64,000 bases of DNA from Ascidiella aspersa (lineage: Eukaryota), in NCBI GenBank assembly GCA_963924565.1, contig OZ004614.1, forward strand, positions 17,918,001 to 17,982,000, in the 5' to 3' direction. The first letter of the stretch is position 1; every line of letters starts with the position of its first letter. Made by a program: the position numbers and the translations under genes. Shown here in pieces: positions 25,001-34,523 of the stretch. The notes under the pieces are model-generated. The model was not told where the DNA came from and ran no database searches. It worked only from the letters and a program-made list of their open reading frames with translations.

Positions 25001-28000
25001 CGATAGCGGACAGCTGCCGCTTGCTATTGCCTTACCGGCAAATCTCTTGCGACAGTGAAAACCCGGCGCCCTTTCTAGCATTCCTTCCCGTTTTCCCACG
25101 ATCGTTTTCGTGGGCAGTATACTAGTAAAAGCGATTGGGCGGCGATTTAAATGACTGCTCATTTTCTTCGCACCTCTCGTCGCCTGTGGCTTAACACGGG
25201 TCGCAAAAGGGCCCCGACCCTTCTTTGGGAGGTATTGTCATTTTTGCAGGACTTAAGTCTCGCCTATGCGCTTTATCGCCCTGGCCAGCCAGTTTACGTA
25301 AGTTTAGACTTCAAAACGTGATTATTTGAAGATCTATGCGATGCAAGCATAATGACGGCATTTTGAACTTCTGTTTGTTCGCACCCCATCTTAAAACTGC
25401 AAAATGTCGTAATGTAAATGGTTTTCTTTCTTCAAGTTTCATAGCGAATTGTATTTCTAATGAAAGTTTGATAAGATAGTTTTGTCCACACTAACTTTGT
25501 TTAAATTGCTTCGGCAATTTTATAGTTTTATTGCCAAAAACAGTGTTCTTCAGAAGCACTAAGGGTCTACATTAAAAGGCCCATTTACTCTTCCGTCGAC
25601 CGCTTTGATTGGAAAAAAGTATACAGGCGCCATTTATTTTTGTTTCCTCTCGTTTCGGCGGTTTCCCTTTCCTTTAGCGTTGGGTTTCCCTCTTTGTCCC
25701 TGCGGATGGTGGGTCGACCAGGCGACCCTAGAAATGACGTCACAGCCTGTGTGTGCGTATATGCGTGTGGGTGTCGAATAGCCTGGTGTTGTCTGCGTCA
25801 TTTCAGATCCCAGGCATATAGTAGTCCAATAATACGGCTCAGGTTTGCTATTCTGGTATTAACATTAGTCAAGTTAGTTCCTAATTGAAATAACTACCAA
25901 CGTTTTTTAGCGGTTTATTAACAAAAATACCGTACAGAAAAGATTTGCCTTATCGAAAGCTTCTTAGTCAAGAAATGTCCAATCATTTTGCTCTTCCCAT
26001 TATTATATACTTATTATATATTTAAATTTACGTTCCGTATTGCCCCTCATTAACGTTGTCTATGACTTTGCTTTGTGCTAGGACCTGATCAATGCGTATC
26101 AGTGCATCTGCCCGAACGGCATGTACGGCGAGAACTGTGACGCCGCCTTGAAATGCGCCGACCTTCCATGCAAGAACGGGGGTACTTGCCTCAAGGAACG
26201 CGCTGGCTACCGGTGTATGTGCGCTCCCGGATGGAGCGGCCGTCGTTGCCAGAAAGTGGACCCTTGTCACAGCCAGCCCTGCCAAAACGGTGAGTTGAGT
26301 TAGTTTGCGTCTACGTCGCTTTATTAACATTCTCGCTTTCTATTCTGTATGAAGATATTTTTTGTTGTAACGTTGACAGGGCTGTTGTACCAATTGCTCT
26401 AATAAATGTCTCGCCTTACATATCAGTTAAAATGTAATTATTTGTTAGATGGAAATTTTAATCAAGCAGTTTAGGATTTTTAATGGACCCATTTTTAATT
26501 TTGGTCTTTATCTGATATGGTTTACAATCTGTTTTACTAGCTAAATTAACGAATCCCGCGTAACCTGCATCTGCGCTGAAGCGACAGCATTTTGTTTGCT
26601 TGTTAAGCGCTACACGCGAGGTCCTTTATGTTAGCTACTTTTTGAACCATTTTGTGAAATAAAACTCTCGACAGTTCGCTGTAATGCGATCCCAACTTGC
26701 ACTTTTTCGCGCCCGAATTGCACCAGAAAGAAAAACAAGACGGGTATACAAAGGCAACAGGGAGAAATAAGATTGCAGGGGCCCCCACTTAACTTCGGTC
26801 ACTTTCCATTCTGAGCGGTTGGCATTTGTAAAGAGTCCAACAAAGTCTTTTGTGCGTCGTGAGCCTATGTTGATGACGCCGGACTGGAGTGGGTACGATA
26901 GGACACACGACCCGCGCTAAGTCGGGGGGACAAAACTCCCGGCGTCCATTGTGGCCGTTCGGGTTACATTTTCCCACGTTCGCTTCTTTATACCGGGCTG
27001 GGTCAGGCCCCAGTCCATCACAGGTACAGCGAATATAAACCTAATGGAAGTTTTTTGTAAGCGCCCAGCGCCGCCTTTTGTTCTTTGCGCCGGCGTGGGT
27101 TTATCCAGTTTGGATTTACACGGCCTACCAATTAGCGCGCTTTTGTCTTTGGTCCGGGCGCGCAGGCCCCTATTCGGCGCAACGGGATACCCTCAATTCA
27201 GGTGGGCGCCCGTGAGAAAGTTGATACGTCATCGTCGCCCGATTGCTTGCTTTGGCCGCGCTCCATAAAGAAACTGCCGATTTGTGGTTGGTCGGCCTAT
27301 TTGTTTTGCCCTGTGTTTATTATTGCCGGCCCGTGATTAAATGAACGACGAATGAAAGAACGACCTCGTTTTCGTGCGCGAAACAAAATTTTGGCGTGTC
27401 TTGTTTTCGTCGCAAAGATTTAATCGAACGAGTTCCAGTCAGCAGCGCCCAGAAAAGTCACGAACAGACAATTTCGCCAATGCTTTTAACGCAAAATAAT
27501 CCACGTTGACCGTCGTTGCATGTTTAACTGTTTTAGAAATCCGATCCCTTGTTTAAGGCCACTTATAAAGCTGAACATCTGTGCCTAGCTGTTTTGTCTA
27601 TAAATAAGTTGTCTCAAAATTCCACCTTGCTGTTTATATACCGGGTCCAAGAAACTTATCTGACTTGCTCTATCGAGAAAAGCTATCGTCTATTGATTTT
27701 GTGTAACTTTTTACTATCACTTCGCTTCCAATAAGCTCATCAACTCTTCAGGCGCCCGTGTTTACTAAACAATTGTATGTTTTTATTCCAGGTGGATCGT
27801 GCAACTCCCTCCCGGATGGCGTGTACGAGTGTAGATGTCGGACTGGATTTACAGGATCCCTTTGCGAAGTCAGAGTCGGCGACTGCTCTGTGTTTCCCTG
27901 CGTTAACGGGGGATCCTGTCGTCTGGGCAGCGACGGCTACAGATGCCGCTGTGCCCCCGGATACGGCGGTGACCGTTGCGACGTAAACATCAATGATTGC

Positions 28001-29429
28001 GCTGCGTCGCCTTGCCGAAATGACGGCGGCTGCACAGACCTTGTGAACGGCTACAGGTGCCTATGTTCGCCCGGCTTTACCGGCAGGAACTGCGAAGTAT
28101 ACGCCGACGACTGCAGAGCCTCGAAGCCTTGCCTGAACGGGGGTAGTTGCGTCGACGGCGAAAAAATGGCTGTGTGCCTTTGCCAGGCAGGCTTTGCCGG
28201 GATGCACTGCGAAATCGCCAGCGCAAAGCAGAGCGACAGCTTCTCGGCCACGCAATGGGTGCTCATATGCCTCGGGGCCGGCATTCTGGTGCTTATTCTG
28301 ATAGTGGCGGCCACTTGCCTTCTTTATCAGCGAAAGCGAAATGCGCTTTTCGGCCTGAAGTGCGCCGAAGACTCCCCACGAAGGCGCAGCAGCATCTACA
28401 GGGTTCAGCCGCCTCCTGGCCACATCGTCCCCACGACAACAACGCCGGACTCGAGCTGCGACAGCTGCACTAGCACTCTCTGCGAGAACTGCTCTGACTT
28501 CGGCAGTCCGCTGAAGGCCTACTGCGAATCCAGTTTGAAAGACATCAAGAATCCGCGACACTCGAGGAGTTTCTTCCTCGAGGAAAAATCCGTCGCCTCC
28601 ACCTCCGCTCTTCCCAAAGCTCCGCTAAGGCACGACAAGAGAAGGAACAGTCGCTGCAGCGGCGTTGTTATGCGTCACGACTCATCCTCCTCCTCGGCCG
28701 TCCATGAACTTCCGTCTTCTCCCCCAACACGTCACAATGCCAGCATTCATTGCGTCACAAACCGACATTCTTCATCGCACTCCCACTCAGGAGCTAACGG
28801 TCTTCCAACGTACGAAGAGGCGTGCAAGGAGCAAGACACGCTGTTACAAAAGAGGTAGTTGTTTGTTTCCCACAATTTTGCTAATAACACAAGCCAAAAT
28901 AAAGTTCCAATTGAAATACATTTGTATTAGCCTTCAGATCAATCTTACTTTACCGTTTCATTTTTGCAGCAGCAACGTGGTCGACCTTTCCGCCGCATCA
29001 GCGCTCACCGAGAAACGACTTTCGCGATACTCCCGGACTGATGATGTCACTACCTACTCGTGTGACGTAAGTTTAATTTTCCGTTTATTGCACAGTGTCG
29101 ATATTTTTATAAGTAAATAAGTTTTTCATGCTTAATTTCTAAATGAAAACCCTTTTTATACTTCCGGAACTTTGATGGTTCAGGGTCGATGGATTAATTT
29201 GTTTTCAAAAAAACTTAATTAATAGATCCCTTTTTCACCGAATGAAATGTAGAATCGGTAAACTTTTCCCTGTTTTATCTATTTCTGTACTAAAGCTATT
29301 TTTTCACTTTTGTTATCATCTTTAACTGTTGATTATTGTATACCTTATACAATGATGTTCTTACTTTAATTACTTTTATTTGATGACTTAAAGTAAACTG
29401 ATCATTATACTCTTCTGTTGCAGATTTGA
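19009..29429 (+). CDS. Delta: Delta-like Notch ligand (signal peptide, C2/MNNL, DSL, 9 EGF repeats, TM, intracellular tail), 833 aa
   Basis: join(19009-19080,19630-19956,21441-21522,22700-22984,23681-23741,24029-24159,24388-24557,26082-26289,27792-28854,28970-29066,29424-29429) = 2502 nt, in frame, all GT-AG. Contains GTFELRL...CC...FWVCLTHFQ...[16 protein letters not shown] (C2) and [44 protein letters not shown] (DSL). No vWC/Cys-rich domain, so not Jagged/Serrate. Confidence 0.95.
19630..19956 (+). CDS. Delta: Delta exon 2 (C2/MNNL domain)
   Basis: [30 protein letters not shown]...NLSYRWP followed by gtaagt. Confidence 0.95.
21441..21522 (+). CDS. Delta: Delta exon 3 (C2 domain)
   Basis: [11 protein letters not shown] matches the GTFSLIIEAWH position of Delta proteins; cag/gtaagt boundaries. 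Confidence 0.9.
22700..22984 (+). CDS. Delta: Delta exon 4 (DSL domain)
   Basis: [16 protein letters not shown] signature. Confidence 0.97.
23681..24557 (+). CDS. Delta: Delta exons 5-7 (23681-23741, 24029-24159, 24388-24557; EGF1-4, DOS region)
   Basis: [19 protein letters not shown] / [20 protein letters not shown] / [11 protein letters not shown]; exon sizes 61, 131 and 170 nt. Confidence 0.95.
23825..23856. repeat. perfect 16-bp tandem duplication in Delta intron 5
   Basis: agtaggaggtgccttt x2. Confidence 0.9.
26082..26289 (+). CDS. Delta: Delta exon 8 (EGF4-6)
   Basis: [19 protein letters not shown]...PCQNG followed by gtgagt. Confidence 0.95.
27792..28854 (+). CDS. Delta: Delta exon 9 (EGF6-9, TM, most of ICD)
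   Basis: EGF repeats, hydrophobic [24 protein letters not shown] (28256-28327), then a QRKR stop-transfer. Confidence 0.95.
28970..29429 (+). CDS. Delta: Delta exons 10 (28970-29066) and 11 (29424-29429, Ile-stop)
   Basis: SSNVVDLS...TTYSCD followed by gtaagt, then ttgcag/ATT TGA; the phases match. Confidence 0.75.
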
Positions 29430-29806
29430 GTTGATTCGACTTCTTGTTTCTGGCCTGTAAGAAGCCCAGCAAGATTTCAGCTTAACGCTTTCATCACCAA
29501 ACCGCACTTAAAGGGAAGCTGCGGCTGCAAAACCAGCATGCGGAGAGTTTAGAAGGCAAAGGGAAGCCACACGAGGAATCGTGGCGTGTTATTGTGTTGC
29601 CAGAAAACCCACAATTTCTGCGGCATCAAAATTAAAACAAGCACTGATCTTATATCGTTTGTTTCTTGTTTGTTCGTTCTTCTTTTTCTAATTACCACTT
29701 ACTGTATTCTCGATATTATATATGTTATTATAATTATATATAGCACTGTTAGCGCTTTAAAAGTAACAATGTTTTGCTACACACCCCACATATATATAAG
29801 CTCATA

Positions 29807-30700
29807 AATAAATATATATATGTACACACTGTTTAAGCAGCTAGATCTCCTTCCGCCAACGGGGCTGGTCGGACTGTTTTCTAATAAGTTTTGTAATACT
29901 ACATTTGAAATGGTTTGGATACAAATGTGTATCTATAAAGAAACTTATGGTGCAAACGACATGCTTGACTTTCATCACCCTAGTACGAAAAGCAAATAGA
30001 TTAAAGGTTGCCAATCATTTTTGCGCGTGCCTAAGGATCAGGGTTTCGCATGTTAGTTAACGAAAGGAATTTATAAAAACGTTTTATATTCTGAAAATAT
30101 ACATTTCAACCTATTATGTTTTCAAAGAAAAATGACAAGTCAAACTTTCCTGTTTAGGCAAGGACCACCAAGGCACTCATCATTGTGAAACATGATTTTT
30201 TACCCTTAAAATAAAATTGCTTGAAAAGGATTTCGGGGTGACAATTGTCAGTCAACCGAAAGCGATCCTTTACTGATGTATACACTGCCGAAAGCCCATC
30301 GTGCCAAACAGAGTATTTTTATTTTCCTCTGCTGATTTTTCATTGCGTATATTTGCTGCTGCTTACGAAACGTGACTCTCGCGATAGAGGGTTCGTTTTT
30401 CACCGCATTTTGCCGTTGCCCCTTTGTTGTCGTTTTTTGCCATCGTTTTTTTTTCCTTTTTGTCACGTTTTTCGCGATTTCTTTTTCCTATTTAGTTGTC
30501 TTGCTTTCCTATTTTGATTTCCAGCGCGGAAATTGTGAAGGCCAAAGCGTGTGTTAAGTACTACGGCACTTTTCCGTAGCGAAAGAGCAAGCGTCCAATA
30601 CATGGTTATGTTGTTGCAAATATTGCGTTCGTTTGCCCGTTTATTTGCAGATGTTTCCTTTTTTCCCGGATCGCAACCGTACAAACACAGTTAAAATAAA
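29807..30700 (+). terminator. candidate proximal (29807) and distal (30695) poly(A) signals of Delta
   Basis: AATAAA at 29807-29812 and 30695-30700, downstream of the stop. Confidence 0.4.
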
Positions 30701-32691
30701 ACAAAACACGATCTTCTTTGGAACGTGCTGCTCTTTTAGGCCTACAGATGGTCAGTTATAAAAAATTATGATTTTTATCGAGATAGTGTCACAAATGCAT
30801 AGCTTGGTTAATCTGCAAATTTTGAAGTGTTTTTACCTTTTTTTACCGCGGAGCCCCAATTTTTTTTGATGAGCTAGGTTCGAACAGCCCAGTATAGGTT
30901 CTAAAAATGTGCTTAATTGAAGGCCAAATCGATTTATAGCGAATGCAACAAAAGCCTTGGTTTCAGTTAAATTCTTAGTTTAAAAAATTCATTCCATTAG
31001 AATGATTAGATGGTGATTTAGGGATAGGCTAATATAGAGCTATTTTGACTAAAATTTGCCAAACAGTGACCGCCTCAAAATTAATACTCAGGAACAGCTT
31101 TTTTTAGATAATATATTTCTGATCTATTCGACATTAGACTGATTTATTTCATCTAATTCAGTATAGTTGACAAAAACACGACATATTTGTTTCAATTTAA
31201 TACTTTGCTTATCGTAATGCATTACAATCTCTACTAAGAGAAAATTATATTTGAAAATTATGAACGATCTTATGAATTTTCGATTAGGAAAAACTTTATT
31301 AATATCAGTAAAAAAACGTCACTAAGCGAAGTTGGTTAGTTGACTTTTAGAGCTAAGCAATTTCACTGCCTTTGTAGAGATTTAGTTTAATGTCATTTAT
31401 TCATCATCAGAATTTGGACAAGGGTTGTTGCACGCCATTTCAAAAACTTCTTAATACAGCTGCCGTAGATCCTTTTGCTTATTTTCTTTCAAGATAACAA
31501 TGTGAACTTTTAATGTTGCGACAGACCTTGCATGTTCCATCTTCGTTTTATTGTTGACACTTTCGGAAAAAGACATTTTTAAACTGTCAATTTCGTTAAG
31601 CCGTGACGTAAACAGACGTAAAACATATACCCTCGCACATTTTGTCTTTATTATACGACTTGCTGTCACAACAACACCAGCAGTGAAATTTCTTTTGGTC
31701 GTTGTTACAAGTGTTGAGAATTTTGTTCCAATGCTGCACATAAAAAAGCGAAATACTTTTGCATAGCTCCTTCTATTTTTTGAATTTTGTAGTTTGATAC
31801 CGAGTAGCTAAAATGTAAGCAGGTTGCACAGTCGTGACGTATGACGATTGCCAAACATGCGGCGCTACGTTATGTAACGTTGAAAGGCGGAGGAGCAATA
31901 TTGTTTTATATTTAATCAATATGTTTGCGCTCTGTTTGGCGTTTAGCCCACTGTTGCTTTCAGTGTTAACGCAGTGAGGTTGATACATAGTCGCTTATTT
32001 GACGCATTACGAGTATTTCATATACCCTACTTCATCGAGATTCACCGTAACATTAACCTTAGGTTACGTGTTAAATTGTTGTTATAATAATTTATTTTAA
32101 TACACAGAGCCTTTAATATTATTGGCGTTTAATTACAAACCATCTGTTATCTGTTCTGTTTGTATAAACATATGTCAGTAAACATTTTGGGCGATTAATT
32201 GCATTTTTGTCGTTTGTATGTCCGATCAAAAAGAAATAGCAATTAGATGAATAAATATAAAAGTAATAATACATACATGAATTCATTTTACTAATTTTTT
32301 TCCGGACCTAAATACCTAGGCATCTTGTATGTGTGTTTGGCGACCTGTCTACAGTATCTGTTAGTTAGCTGTGGGTTCTATTTAATTAGGGGAAACGGCC
32401 GAGTATTTCCTCTGGAGTAGGCATAATATCGAGTTTACGTAACACCACAATATCCTCAGCGTTCTCCCTAACACTGTAGTCTTATGCTTTGGAAAGATGA
32501 AATGTTGTATAATATGCTAAAGTAAGACCTGTCCCATATTCACCTGTGATTATTGAAAAAAAAAACGTTTTGAGAAATGTCGCTCAAGTGCTAACTTTCA
32601 GCGTTTTGTTTTACGGGGGTCATAAAAATTATTACACATGTCGTCCCAAAATTGCGCATAACATGACGTTAAACAATGAAACATATGTACA

Positions 32692-33022
32692 TTGTACACA
32701 CATATATGTGTGCTTACAACTGAGATTTAGACCTTCTGAAGCTGCTTTTTGACCAACGATTACGGCTTACATATCATTAGTATACCGAAAAGCCATTGCA
32801 GACTCGCCGAATCTGTCGATCAATGATGCAAGCAGAGCAGACTAAAAAAACAACTAGCCTGCAGTGAGGTTCGAACTGACGACCTCCGGTCAAGCCGGGA
32901 CCGTCGCTCTGCCAACTGAGCTATGCAGGCTCAGAAGGGAACGAGTCGAGAAACAACCATACGCCAATGCTTGCTCAATCTGTTAGCACAAGCAACTTCA
33001 TAATAAAGGGGATCGCCAGTAT
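32692..33022 (-). mobile_element. tRNA-related (SINE-like) element flanked by 18-bp direct repeats
   Basis: CAATGAAACATATGTACA at 32674-32691 and 33023-33040; internal tRNA-like cloverleaf; tail shared with 3791-3863. Confidence 0.7.
32856..32930 (-). tRNA. tRNA-like sequence (pseudo-tRNA or SINE head; non-canonical anticodon arm)
   Basis: Reverse complement GCCTGCA-TA-GCTC AGTTGGCA GAGC-...-GTCAG TTCGAAC CTCAC-TGCAGGC: perfect 7-bp acceptor stem, A and B boxes, and T7 just downstream. The anticodon loop CCGGCTT lacks U33 and purine 37, and the T-stem has a mismatch. Confidence 0.6.
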
Positions 33023-33512
33023 CAATGAAACATATGTACACATTTTTAGGGTGATGTTGTTGTTGGTCTTTAAGTACTAACCCAACAACCGTACAGTAGT
33101 TGCACAAAACACCTGGGGGTCCATGGACCCCGTTTGAGAACTACCGCGGTATAGGAAATGCGTGCAAACAGAATTTAAAAACGCGTTAATCACGTCAGAA
33201 TTTACTTCACCCTTGCAAAACTTTCCTTCAAACTTGGGTGAACCTTTTACGATAAACACTGATTTGTAGTATTACTTTATACACAGATACCACCCAATAA
33301 AATTCTCAGCCGTGCAAGTTCATATATAATATATATTTTGACGAAGTAAAAATGACGAATATAACATCTACAGCCATTTGATAATAAAGTGTGAAGGTAC
33401 AAATATAAAAATAGAACATTTCAAAGGGATTACACTTTTGAGTATTATAAAAATAAAACTTTAAGGCGTAAAATAGAAACCAAAATAAGTACAACAAAAC
33501 ACAATGCGGGCA

Positions 33513-34523
33513 TTACTGCCTTAATTTTCGATTCACTTGGGAACGATGACATGTCGATGACCTCACACTACTGCTGTCCGTATCATCGTCGTTTTCCCTG
33601 AGAAGAAATGCAACGGGAGCCAGGCCCCTTCTGTTTCCTGCCTGTGAACAAAGTCAAACGTTGAAAGTAGGATTAGGCATATCTTTCTTGAGTTATTATT
33701 AACTTTAATTAAATAGGGGTCGTTATTAAATAAACCTGAAATGTAGGCCTACATGGGTGGAGGAGGGTACGGTAGTTGGTAAACAATAAACTTGTTGTTA
33801 ATATGTGAGGTGTAGTTCGAAAACAAAATCAATACAGTCAGGCTATATTAGTGATAACATGTGACACAGTACAGCCGGTTTTGAAGCAGGTAATGAGGAT
33901 GAAAGGAGGCGAGGTACCCACACATCGAGCACGGACTTATACGACGTACACATTTCGTATCTAAACTGATCACAGTTAACTGCAAAAGGGCGATAATTTT
34001 TCTTGATGGATTCTGTATATTGAGTGCAGTTGGATTAAAGTTTATTATATATTTTAAGTATGATTATACGTCTTGTTGTTATATGTGGATGTTTAGGCTA
34101 AATTTTTGCTAAGCCCGTTATATATTTTATAAAAACTGTTTATTTTGTTACGTTAGTTTTTAAATAAGGGACCTATTCTAGCTTTGGCAAAAAATGGCTC
34201 TAAATTTTTACGACGATCTCAAGAAAGTTTAGCTAATAATATTAGACATAAATTGCGGCACGATTTTTTCCATTTCTACTTTTCACATTTTTTAAGCCAA
34301 ATAGCGTTAATATATCGTAAAAGACTATACAATACATCGATTGGCGAACCTGGACGTCACAAAAGCCGTCGGGTCGCGGTGACCCGAGAACAATGACCTT
34401 TGACCCCTTGTTGAGACTGACTTCTTCTTCGTGTGACTTGTACGGGCTGTCCACTGCCGGATCGTAATCGTACAGTACTCTCGCGCTGCGGATTGGACTG
34501 CTAAAGTCCGGACTTGGTCGATT
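33513..34523 (-). CDS. last two exons: C-terminal SH3 domain and stop
   Basis: ARVLYDYDPAVDSPYKSHEEEVSLNKGSKVIVLGSPRPDGFCDVQ/AGNRRGLAPVAFL...RKLRQ*. Confidence 0.9.

Noticed and set aside
25093-25116. Su(H) paired site
   Set aside because: The sites are tail-to-tail, the second is imperfect (CGTGGGCA), and the spacing is wrong for a paired site.
32856-32930. Functional tRNA-Ala(GGC) gene
   Set aside because: Lacks U33 and purine 37, has abnormal arm spacing and a T-stem mismatch, and sits inside a repeated element; kept only as tRNA-like.
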